64,000 nt of DNA from positions 48,732,001 through 48,796,000 of the forward strand of contig NC_043013.1 of assembly GCF_006345805.1 (NCBI RefSeq), given 5' to 3'. The notes beneath the pieces are model-generated. The model was not told where the DNA came from. It did not search any database and worked only from the letters and a program-made list of their open reading frames with translations. Made by a program: the position numbers and the translations under genes. Every line of letters starts with the position of its first letter. The first letter of the stretch is position 1. Origin of the DNA: Octopus sinensis. Taxonomy: Eukaryota. Shown piece after piece: positions 41,389-51,996 of this stretch.

Positions 41389-41657
41389 ATATTTAAATAA
41401 TGAGGGAGATAAATTAATATTACTTTTAATATCAATTTAAGACCAGTAGTCCAGCATACAAAAAATCTGAGAAGTCAGAGAAAATTCTAATATATGTGTA
41501 TATTGGCAGGGCTTACTGCTAGGGAGTCGGACGTATGCTAGAAATAGACCATCAACGATCAAACTACAAGGAAATTCTCTAGAGGGAAAATACAGCGAAC
41601 ACCAGAACCAAATTTGGCGGGCATGACAAATGAAAATTTATATAAAAAACAGAATTA

Positions 41658-41733
41658 AATGCATACCTCGGTTTCGGCCTTTAACAAAAGAATTACTTAC
41701 GTAATTCAAATGTCCGTGCTTCTTCAGTGCATT
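41658..41733 (-). ncRNA. Type I hammerhead fold with canonical core and extended stem II, in PLE terminal region
   Basis: RC: aatgca CTGAAGA agc..gaca-ttt-gaattac-gtaa-gtaattc-tttt-gtt..ggcc GAAACCGAGGTA tgcatt. Confidence 0.8.
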
Positions 41734-41799
41734 CGTTCATTGTAATGTAAACTGTAAATCCAACCCCAACTTTCGTGCCAGTACAGACACGTGTATAGT

Positions 41800-42470
41800 T
41801 TATATATATATATATATAATTTATATAGTTTATATATATATATAATTTAGAGAAAAACCTCTATTAAACAATTCAATAATGAAAGATGTTATTCACACCA
41901 TATAGAAAACATATACTAGAAGGAGGTGTCTTGAAGTTGGCGGAGGTCTTCCGCCTTGTAGAGGTCCGCACACCACACCACCACGGCTCCATCCTTGTCG
42001 GCCGGTTTTATGATGATGTCAGTGCGGCGTCGCAGACATCGAATGGCCGAGAATTTGGCTGGAGAGATGTTCAAATGACGGGGACGCCTGGTAAGGTTAA
42101 ACCAGTCCACAGCGTGCTGGCAGGCGTCCGCAAAAAGATCGACTGCTTGGAACCGGCCAAGAGCTGGCGTCCACTGGGATGGTCGGCGGCCTAGGTCGGT
42201 GAAGCAGTCTTCCTCATTAGATGCAGGTGGAGTGTCGTGGAAAAGCGCACACAACCTAACACGGTGCACAAAGTTGTGGATATCGGCACGAGTCTGAGAT
42301 TCGTTACTTGATGGAGTGAAGGGGGATGAAGCGCAGACCCCTACTGAGAAGGGAGCGCTCCGCCTGTCTACACCACCAGCCTCACTATGCCTACTATTTA
42401 CTACTACTCTCACCCCATTAAGAGGAATAGTAGGAGTGTTACTGAATAGTGAGAGAGGTCTGTGACACAC
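41800..42470 (-). mobile_element. Penelope-like element ORF N-terminal fragment
   Basis: SQWTPALG..DLFADAC..NISPAKFSAIRCLRRRTDIIIKPADKDGAVVVW..Y..E.LRQLQDTSF. Confidence 0.9.
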
Positions 42471-42510
42471 TGATACACAGAAATTAGTCTTCGCATTTAT
42501 TATATTATAT

Positions 42511-42560
<50 letters not shown>

Positions 42561-42995
42561 TAATAAATAAAATATATGCATACATACAAACATATATGTA
42601 CGTACCTACATCTACATGTATATATACATGCATATATAAATATATATACACGTGAGTACAGGACACCACAACTAGACGTAGAACTCAACGAGAACCGAAA
42701 AACGAAAACGGAAAAACCATTTTTTTACAACAGAAAAAACAGAGTACAGGACATACTACACAAGGAAAAATCCCCTATCATCAGCTGTCACTAGTTCGGC
42801 TCCAGCGTGTTTCGAAGGCAAGACAGGACACGACTCGCCAAACTAGTCCTTCCTGCGAGAGAATTAAAATAAAATTGCCTCGCAGAGGGGTAAAAACAAG
42901 CAAGAAAAAATGTATCACAAACAGGACGTAAAAACGATACAAATAAAACTACAAAATAAAATACAAGATAAAAATACATGTACAAGAATATATAT

Positions 42996-43084
<89 letters not shown>

Positions 43085-43614
43085 ATGCAGGACGTCACCA
43101 ACAGTGCAAATAACATGAAATACCCAAACAAACGAGTTGAATACGTAAACAATGAGAAAAAAGGACAAGTAAACACAGAGAAAGGACCCTTCATCAGTTG
43201 TCGGCTGTCTATCTACTCCTCATTTCAAGCATTCAACGACACTATGAGTTTTCAAAGACAGTTGCTCCTATGAATTCTAAAATAAAATTTAGGCTTTATG
43301 GAAGGTCAAAATTGAGAACAAAAATATGACAGCGGAGACATACAAGGAAACTGAACGAAACCAAACATAGAGGGTCGTTAGACGATGTGTTTATTTCTTT
43401 CTTCTATCTTTTCTCTTTTCAAACAAATGTTCCCCCTAGCGTTCACTTCTTCCCTCTCGTTCTGGTTTAACGACCCTCCATGTTTGTTTTCGTTCTGTTT
43501 CCTTGTATGTCTCCACTGCAGCATTAATAAAAAAGTATATATATATATGCATACACACATAGACGCTCGACCTTTATTCTCTCGAAAAACGACGACGCCG
43601 TGGTGATCTCATTC

Positions 43615-43950
43615 TCGCTCACAACATCATAAGCGGAAAGTGTAACCTCTCGAAAGAGCTGTTCTTCACTCCTGCTCCAGAGCGTGGGCTGCGGGGTCAC
43701 TCCGAAAAGCTCTATCTACGACGATTTCATCTCAATCGAAGGTGAGGGACTTTCTCCGTCCGGGTTGCGGATCTGTGGAATAAGCTGCCGGACGAGATAG
43801 TGAAGATGCCGACGACCGCTCGGTTCAAAGTCTCTCTTGACCAGAAATGGCCTGAACTCTTTGCATGAACACCCGCCCTGTACATAGCTCCTTGTCCCCC
43901 TACATTGCCTTGCTTTTGCTTCTTGAGCCAATAAAAATTAAATTGAAATA
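43615..43950 (+). mobile_element. CR1-clade LINE 3' fragment
   Basis: LRGHSEKLY..F..RV..LWNKLPDEIV....FKVSLD C-terminal motif and 3' UTR. Confidence 0.88.
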
Positions 43951-43965
43951 ATTACATACATACAT

Positions 43966-44277
43966 GGAGGCGCAATGGCCCAGTGGTTAGGGCAGGGGAC
44001 TCGCAGTCATAGGATCGCGGTTTCGATTCCCAGACCGGGCTTTGTGTGTGTTTATTGAGCGAAAACACCTAAATTAAGCTCCACGAGTCTCCGGCAGGGG
44101 GTGGTGATCCCTGTTGCACTCTTTCACCACTCTTTTTCCCAATCTTTCTTCTGTTGGCCTGCTCGCTTAGCCAGCGGGGTGGCGTCATTCGAAAGCTAAA
44201 ACAATGCGAACGCATTGTGACCAGCGATGTGTAACAACGTCTGATGGTCTGGTCAGTCACGTGATCACGTGATCACA
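43966..44277 (+). mobile_element. SINE family C (tRNA-derived head), full length
   Basis: ggaggcgcaatggcccagtggttagg..ggtttcgattccc A/B boxes; tail tctggtcagtcacgtgatcacgtgatcac. Confidence 0.85.
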
Positions 44278-44388
44278 TACATACATATATGTAACTACAC
44301 TCGTGGCACGCAAATACATATGACTTGACAGCGATTATAATGCTCACCTTAATTGTCTTAGATACCTGTGTCGACGTTTCAAACTTAC

Positions 44389-44430
44389 GCTCCTTCTGGC
44401 TCTTTACATATTTTTTAAGCGGTGGGACAT
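44389..44430 (-). CDS. Candidate 42-nt symmetric exon (VPPLKKYVKSQKE, phase 1)
   Basis: Near-consensus acceptor cttttttttccctccag| and donor |gtaagt; only phase 1 open. Confidence 0.5.
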
Positions 44431-44695
44431 CTGGAGGGAAAAAAAGCTTGCACCAGTACTAGGTTGGAACTCATTTTTTTTTCCAGCTGAATAGAATGAG
44501 GAAGCATGAATTGCTGTTGGTTGCTAAGGGTCACAATGTCTGTTCCACAAGCAGAATCGAATCGATGACCAAACAAATTGCGTTTTCTTTTTTAAAAAAC
44601 ATTAGTATAATGCGTAAAATGTTTCATTATAATCATCTTAGATTTAAAAGACACTGCTCATCTCATGTCAGTCCATTTTCTAATTATACGTGCGT

Positions 44696-44905
44696 ATAAG
44701 GTGGCGATCTGGTGATATCGTTAGTGCGCCGGACGAAATGTTTAACGGAATTTCATCCATCTTTATGTTCTGAGTTCAAATTCCACCGAGGCCGAATTTG
44801 TCTTTTATCATTTCGGGGTCGATCAAATGTGTGCCAGTTATGTACTGGGGTCAATGTAATCGACTTGCCCCCTCCTCAAAAGTGCTGGCCCTGTGCCAAC
44901 CAGTA
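44696..44905 (+). mobile_element. SINE family B
   Basis: Similarity to consensus. Confidence 0.85.
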
Positions 44906-45009
44906 TTACGCGCGAATTTTCCAGCTTCCCAGCACTGCCCTGAAAAGTTTAGCCGAAGAAATTGATCTCAATATTTCTTTTTCTCATTTTTTAAAGCCTG
45001 GTACTTATT

Positions 45010-45092
45010 ACATCGGTCCCTTTAGCGAACCGCTAAGCCACAAGGACGTAAAGAAACCAACATCGATTGTCAAGCGGTGGTGGGAGACAAGC

Positions 45093-45141
<49 letters not shown>

Positions 45142-45335
45142 GCATACGCACACACACAGACACACACACACATGCATGCATGCATGTGACGGGCTTCTTT
45201 CAGATTCTGTCTACCAAATTCACTCAGACGGCCTTGGTTCGGTTCGGTAAGAAGACTCTTACCCATGGTGACATGCAGTGAGACTGAACCAGGAATCATA
45301 CAGCCGGAAAGCAAACTTCCTACCACGGAAGGTGT
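45010..45335 (-). mobile_element. SINE family A, diverged
   Basis: gacgggcttctttcag..ctaccaaattcactca. Confidence 0.8.
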
Positions 45336-45590
45336 AGCAAACTTGAATAGTAGTAGTTGGTGAAAATATTTTTCTGTTGATATTTTCAAAACTTGTTAAC
45401 TTTGCGCTTTTCGTTAGTGAAATAAAGAATCTTTAATACATCTCTCATTTTCATTTAAAAATACTTTTCCGAGTCCTTTTCATAGGAGTTTTGTATCAAT
45501 AAAACATGTTAAATATGGATTGCCTATTAAAATGATTATTAGTATTATTGTTTGTATATATTTAACTTGTGTTTTACTCATGTATTATTG

Positions 45591-46160
45591 AAAGGCGGGG
45601 ACCTGGCAGAAACGTTAGCACACCGGGCGAAATGCTTAGCAGTATTTCGTCTGCCGTTACGTTCTGAGTTCAAAATTCCGCCGAGGTCGACTTTGCCTTT
45701 CATGCTTTCGGGGGTTGATAAATTAAGTACCAGGTGCGCACTGGGGTCGATCTAATCGACTTAATCCGTTTGTCTGTCCTTGTTCGTCCTCTCTGTGTGT
45801 AGCCCCTTGTGGGTAGTAAAGAAATAGGTATTTCATCTGCGGCTACGTTCTGAGTTCAAATTCCGCCGAGGTCGACTTTGCCTTTCATCCTTTCGGGGTC
45901 GATTAAATAAGTACCAGGTGCGCACTGGGGTCGATCTAATCGACTTAATCCGTTTGTCTGTCCTTGTTTGTCCTCTCTATGTTTAGCCCCTTGTGGGTAG
46001 TAAAGAAATAGGTATTGGGTGTCTTTACCTTCAAATTCTGCCGAGGTCGACTTTGCCTTTCATCCTTCGGGTTCGATAAATTAAGTACCAGTCGCGTACT
46101 AGGGTTGATCTAATCGACTGGTCGCCTTCCTCAAAATTTCGGACCGTGTATCTAGAGCAG
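45591..46160 (+). mobile_element. SINE family B, trimeric
   Basis: Head followed by three body repeats joined at gtaaagaaataggtat. Confidence 0.92.
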
Positions 46161-46532
46161 AAAAGAATATTAATCATACTGAACGCAGCTGTACCTCTCA
46201 GGTTATATCGTAATTCATGTAAATTTCTATCTTAATACAAATTTTCAGAAATATTCCTAAAAAATAACTGTTTAATTCAATAACTTTGAATTATTTATGA
46301 ACATTTTAGAATTTTATGACTAAAATTTATATATCAAGAAACGGCAATCTGATACACAGTTTTTTATTTTTAAAATAAAATTCTTCTTTTTCAAAATGCA
46401 CAGTTCTATTTCGCCATATTCACCCTCCTCCAGGTTTCATTAATATTGATTAAAAATTTTGGCACAAGGCCAGCAAATCTGGGGGTGGTAAGTCTATTAC
46501 ATCTTTTCCCAGTATGATAACTGGTACTTATC

Positions 46533-46933
46533 TTTTATTTGTTTCAGTCATTTGACTGTGGCCATGCTGGAGTACCGCCTTTAGTCGAGCAAATCGACCC
46601 CAGGACTTATTCTTTGTAAGCCTATTACCTATTTTATCCGTCTCTTTTGCCGAATCGCTAAGTTACGGGGACGTAAACACACCAGCATCGGTTGTCAAGC
46701 GATGTTGTTGGGGAGACAAACACAGACACACAAACATACACACACACACACACATATATACACATATATACGACGGGCTTCTTTCAGTTTCCGTCTACCA
46801 AATCCACTCACAAGGCTTCGGTTGGCCCGAGGCTATAGTAGAAGACACTTGCCCAAGGTGCCACGTAATGGGACTGAACCTGGAACCATGTGGTTCGTAA
46901 GCAAGCTAGTTACCAGACAGCCACTTCTACGCC
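46533..46933 (-). mobile_element. SINE family A
   Basis: Reverse complement of consensus. Confidence 0.93.
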
Positions 46934-47124
46934 TATATATGTTAAATAAATATACATTCCGGTTATTTCTATTTGATTTTTCATTAAGATTATTTTTTTT
47001 TTTACTGAAAATGGTTTTTTGTTTTGATTCTTTTAACATATTTATTATGTATGATTAATCTCTTTTTTTTTGAATAATTTGAAAAGTGAAATGTGCCAAA
47101 ACTTTGAAGCCACTGTTGTCTTTT

Positions 47125-47760
47125 AACTGGCACTCCGTCGGTTATGTGAACGAGGGATCTTTTCGGTTTGACCGGCAGTTTTTTCTAGCGGTGTCATATG
47201 AAATTGTCACCCATAATTATGACCCTAGTATCGATCTATTGCATTTGAATCTGTTTCAGGGTTAGGGTTAGGGGTGGGGGGAAGGGTATCTTTTTTTCTT
47301 CACAAATGTAAATAAACCCAACCTGTTTCTTAAACGAGGGACATATTCATACGGCACAGAATGCTTTTTACCTCAATAGACGTCATTGATTGGTTGAAAT
47401 TGTAGAAATTGAAGAAAAACAATAACAAATATCTTACAAAATATAGAATTTTCTTAATAAAGCCAAGAGAAAAAGATGTTTTATAAGCACATTCTACCAG
47501 TATACGAAATTTAAAAGTATTTAGTTACGTGGAAATTATTTTTAAAAACTGCCGGTCAAACCGAAAAGATCCATCGACGAGGGTTCCAATTGATCCAATC
47601 AATAGAGCAGCCTGCCCGTGAAATTAACTTGCAAGTGGCTGAGTTCTCCACAGACACTCATATCCTTGGTGCAGTTCTCGAAAGACCGAAAGGCAACGTT
47701 AGCTTTAGCTTAGAGTGCAGAGAGAGAGCAGCCAATACCACAAAGCATTTAGTCCTGCGC
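47125..47760 (+). mobile_element. SINE family D, split by MITE insertion
   Basis: ctggcactccgtcgg | gacgagggttccaattgatcc..cgtgaaattaac..gcaagtggctgag. Confidence 0.6.
47155..47572 (+). mobile_element. GGATC-TIR MITE copy 1 (contains ttaggg repeats)
   Basis: TIR ggatcttttcggtttgaccggcagttttt / aaaaactgccggtcaaaccgaaaagatcc; TSD not clear. Confidence 0.92.
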
Positions 47761-47869
47761 CATAACTACACTAATAATTCTTACTAAATGAACAGAAATG
47801 AGAGTAAAGACCAAATGAATATATGCTGTGTCATTTAATCTGCTAGAAGTAGAAGCTAAATCTCCTTTA

Positions 47870-48281
47870 GGATCTTTTCGGTTTGAACGGCAGTTTTTTA
47901 AAATAATTTCCACGTAACTAAACACTTTTAAATTTCGTATACTGGTAGAATGTGTTTATAAAACATCGTTTTCTCTTGGCTTTATTGAGAAAATTTTATC
48001 GTTTGTAAGATATTTGTTGTTCTTTTTTCTTCAATTTCTGCAATTTCAACCAATCAATGGCGTCCATTGAGGTAAACAACATTCTGTGCCGTATGAATAT
48101 GTCCCTCGTTTAAGAAACAGATTGAGTTTATTTACATTTCAGAAGACAAAAAGATACCCTTCCCCCACCCCTAACCCTAAAACAGATTGAAATGCAATAG
48201 ATCGATACTAGGGTCATAATTATGGGTAACAATTTCATATGACACCGCTAGAAAAAACTGCCGTTCAAACCGAAAAGATCC
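47870..48281 (-). mobile_element. GGATC-TIR MITE copy 2
   Basis: TIRs plus 8-bp TSD ctccttta. Confidence 0.95.
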
Positions 48282-48489
48282 CTCCTTTAAAATCACAGCA
48301 TAACTGCTTAAATAAGTTATGATGTTATGTCGGAAAGGAAAAAGAAACATGGTCGCTATGGCTGAATACTGCTAATGATTGGCTTTTTACTCAACCAGAT
48401 TTTTAAATCGTATATATTATCATTGTCTGTTCATCAGTCTGTCTGTCGCTCTCTCTCTCCATCCCTCTCTCTGTCTCTGTCTGTCTGTT

Positions 48490-48535
<46 letters not shown>

Positions 48536-48937
48536 CAAATATATATAATGATTGCTACGATGCTACGAACTTGATATATACCAAAGTAAATATTAAATAT
48601 AAGAAAGGTAAGTTATATTAGGTATATTCTAATTACAGTAATTTTCTCAGAATTGGTCTCATACCGCAAATATTAATAATTCAAGTCAAAAAGAATATTA
48701 AGAAATGGTGTATGGCGAGCCTGAGGAAATTAGTTCCTTTCATAGTACACCAGAAAGTTTATTAAGTATGATTAAAGACGAAACAAGCTACTGGTAGCAA
48801 AGAATAGTTGCTGAGAAAATAGGTCAGTTATATGGGGCGCATATTTTTGTCGCTTCCTGAACAATTTTATTTTGCTCATTGATTTATGTAGCATCGTACA
48901 TATAGACTACTTTAATTTGTTCGATAAGAGTAATCAT

Positions 48938-49365
48938 GGATCTTTTCGGTTTGACCGGCAGTTTTTTAAAATAATTCCCACGTAACTAAACACTTTTAAA
49001 CTTCGTATACTGGTAGAATGTGTTTATAAAACATCTTTTTCTCTTGGCTTTATTGAGAAAATTCTATAGTTTGTAAGATATTTGTTGTTTTTTTTCTTCA
49101 GTTTCTGCAATTTCAACCAATCAATGACGTCTATTGAGCTGAAAACATTCTTTGCCGTATGAATATGTCCCTCGTTTAAGAAACAGATTGGGTTTATTTA
49201 CATTTGTGAAGAAAAAAAGATACCCTTCACCCCACCGCTAACCCTAACTAACCCTAACCCTAAAAGAGATTGAAATGCAATAGATTGATACTAGGGTCAT
49301 AGTTATGGGTGACAATTTCATATGACACCGCTAGAAAAAAACTGCCGTTCAAATTGAAAAGATCC
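48938..49365 (-). mobile_element. GGATC-TIR MITE copy 3
   Basis: TIRs plus 8-bp TSD gtaatcat; (ccctaa)n inside. Confidence 0.95.
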
Positions 49366-50229
49366 GTAATCATATATATATATGGCGCTGAACTAACAAC
49401 AAGTGTGTTAACGTGTCTCTCCTAAATATTAAAGAAGTCCTTCCAGAGATCGATGTTATCAGAAGCGAAATTGTCTGCAAAGCGAATATAAGTGATAGTA
49501 CAACAAGTCACTGTATTTGAGAAGAATATTTTCGCTTTTGAAATAGTATTTACAACTAGAACATACTCGCGAATACACGTGTTAAAACGCACGTGTGTTA
49601 CTTCCCGAAATCGAAGTGAATTTTATTCTTCGTCTGTGAATCAACAAGACACAGTATTTTTGAGAAGGATATTTTCGTTTTTGATGTATATCTGCGTGTT
49701 CTGAAAAAAGCCTCTGAAAAATTTGCTGCTTAATACCAAATCGCTTAGGAAAATACAGAAAGTATCGTCAAACTGTTGCATGTGCTAAATCGAAACTCAA
49801 ACCCCTTTTGTTTACAAAGTGCGCTTGGGGAGGAATATAAAAGGTCTGTCTTGTCTATCTATCTTCCTTTCTTATAAAAAGGAATCACGTAAGTACTCTC
49901 TCAGCCGGTAAGGTAAGATATTATTTATTTTGTTATCATTAGTGTTCTTTCAAACAGAAAATAATTAAAAAAAAAAAAAAAAGATATAAAGATATAAAAA
50001 TACGCGGTATTCTATCTTTATAATCTTTATAATTTCGTCCTCCGTGCCTGCCACGCACTCTCTCTTTCTCTTTCTTACATTTCTATTTCTATCTCTCTCA
50101 TACATTTTTATTATTTGTTATCATTAGTGTTCTTTCAAACAGAAAATAATAATTAAAAAGATATAAAAATACGCGCTATTCTATCTTTATAATCTCTCCC
50201 TCTCTTTCTTACATTTCTATTTCTATCTC

Positions 50230-51087
50230 TCTCATACAGTTTATACCTTATCTGTCTCCCCATCCACCAGACCCTCTATTTCCGCTCTCACTCTCCCCTC
50301 CTCCCTCTCTCTCCCTCTGCAATCGTTTCTCTTTCTGCATCTCTCTCAGATCAACTTTCTCTCACCTCACCCCCTCTCTCAGTTCCTCAACTTCACTCAT
50401 TCTCTCTTGTATCTATATACCGCCCTCTTTCTCTCTCTCTCTATCTGTTACTCTCTCTCTACTCTCCCCTCCCTCTCTCTGCCTCTTTCCTCTCCGCTCC
50501 TTCACAGGTCAAACCCCTTTTCTTCTTCCCCTTCTGTCCCCTTATTTCTTTCTCTACACCACCACCCTCCCTGTCCCTTTACTACACTCTGTTGCGCCCC
50601 CTCTCTTCCTCTTCCCCCTTTTTTTTTCTTCCTACCTTTCTCTCCCTGTTCCCTCTAAGGCTCACCACCCCCTGTCTCTTTTTTCCTCTCTCTGTCTCCT
50701 TCCTCCACACCACCCTCTCTGTCCCTTTACTTCACTCCCTGGTACCTCTATCCTGCCCTCTCTCTCTCTCCCTCTCCATTTCATCTCTCTCTTTCTCTCC
50801 ATTTTATCTCTCCGCCTTTCTTCTCCCTGCTCCCCCTAGGGTCCACCCTCTTGTCTCACTTTTCCACCCTGTCCCTTTCTACTACACCTCTATCCCGCTC
50901 ACTCTCCCCCTGCTGACCTGCCATTCTTTCACCTTTCTCTTTTTCCCCCTTATTTTCTCTCTTTCTCTCTTCTCTCAGGACAATCCCCTCGTCTCTCTCT
51001 CTATCCACCCCTGGCTTTTCTCCTTTCTCTTCTCCCTCTCCATATCTCTCCTTCTCTATCTCTCTCTCTGTTCCTATATTTCACTAG
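50230..51087 (+). repeat. CT-rich low-complexity tract ending in a splice-acceptor-like site just before LINE ORF1
   Basis: Direct reading; ...ttcctatatttcactag|aagaaaATG. Confidence 0.85.
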
Positions 51088-51093
51088 AAGAAA

Positions 51094-51996
51094 ATGGCAA
51101 GAAACTGGTCTGCGAGAGAGGTGCAATTGTTCGTCCGCGCTTGGAGGATCGCTGAGGACGACTCGCCGAACGACATTATTGCTGCGGCGCTGAAAAGCAA
51201 CAATTTTTCGAGAACCACCGCCCAGATAGAGCGAAAGAAGAGAGAAGTTATCCGTTCGTACGCTCTAATCAGGCAACATGTGGACACCCTGGACATCATC
51301 CTGGGAGGTGACGGCAGCAGGGAGGGCCAAAAGGATGAGGAAAGCATCCAGAGCCAAATGGAGAAGCCTGGAACACAGGGAAACGATGACACATGTCCAG
51401 CTTCCAACACCACAACTGAAGACCAAAGAGGTGCGATGGCCGCAAGAAAGGAAAGGCACCCTGGAATTGATGGGAAGCAGGAGGTAAAGGGTGACAGAAT
51501 CAAGGCTAAAGGAAGCCCTGTCCAGAGAAAGCAGAGGGACCCCAGCAAAAACTGTAAGGGCAGGGAAAGAAACACCTGCAAATTCTACCTGAGGGGGGAC
51601 TGCTGGTACGGCGTTGAAGGTGCAAACTGTCGCTTTGCACATCGGAGGCCCTACCAAAACCGCATGGACGCGAGACAGAGGTCCCTCCCTCAGGGAGAAC
51701 AAAAACAAAAACAAAAAGTTAAAAGAAGGGAAAAAAGCGCACTGACCACTACTGAAAGACGGTATGCAGATGTGGTGCGCGGAAACCCAACAGGTGGCCA
51801 GCTTCACCCAGATGTGAGAAGGGCGGCAGCTGAACAGCAGTCTTTTTTGTGCATGGCACAAAAAATTGTTCAGCAGCTGACCTGGCTACAAGCACAAAGC
51901 TGGAACTACCACCACATAAGGCCACCTCCAACAGATGCAGGATGGCCACCACAGACACCAACACCAACACACACACCACAAAAATATTTCTACTGA
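51094..51996 (+). CDS. LINE ORF1, 300 aa: Myb/SANT(trihelix)-like N-terminus + CCCH zinc finger
   Basis: NWSAREVQLFVRAW..IAAALKSNNFSRTTAQIERKKREVIRSY; CKFYLRGDCWYGVEGANCRFAH. Confidence 0.8.
   Translation: MARNWSAREVQLFVRAWRIAEDDSPNDIIAAALKSNNFSRTTAQIERKKREVIRSYALIRQHVDTLDIILGGDGSREGQKDEESIQSQMEKPGTQGNDDTCPASNTTTEDQRGAMAARKERHPGIDGKQEVKGDRIKAKGSPVQRKQRDPSKNCKGRERNTCKFYLRGDCWYGVEGANCRFAHRRPYQNRMDARQRSLPQGEQKQKQKVKRREKSALTTTERRYADVVRGNPTGGQLHPDVRRAAAEQQSFLCMAQKIVQQLTWLQAQSWNYHHIRPPPTDAGWPPQTPTPTHTPQKYFY

Noticed and set aside
42775-43210. CTGATGA motifs on the minus strand in PLE-associated repeats
   Set aside because: No GAAA/stem III in the correct order; a type II arrangement could not be built convincingly
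50592-51155. 187-aa Leu/Ser/Pro-rich ORF
   Set aside because: Product of the CT-rich low-complexity tract
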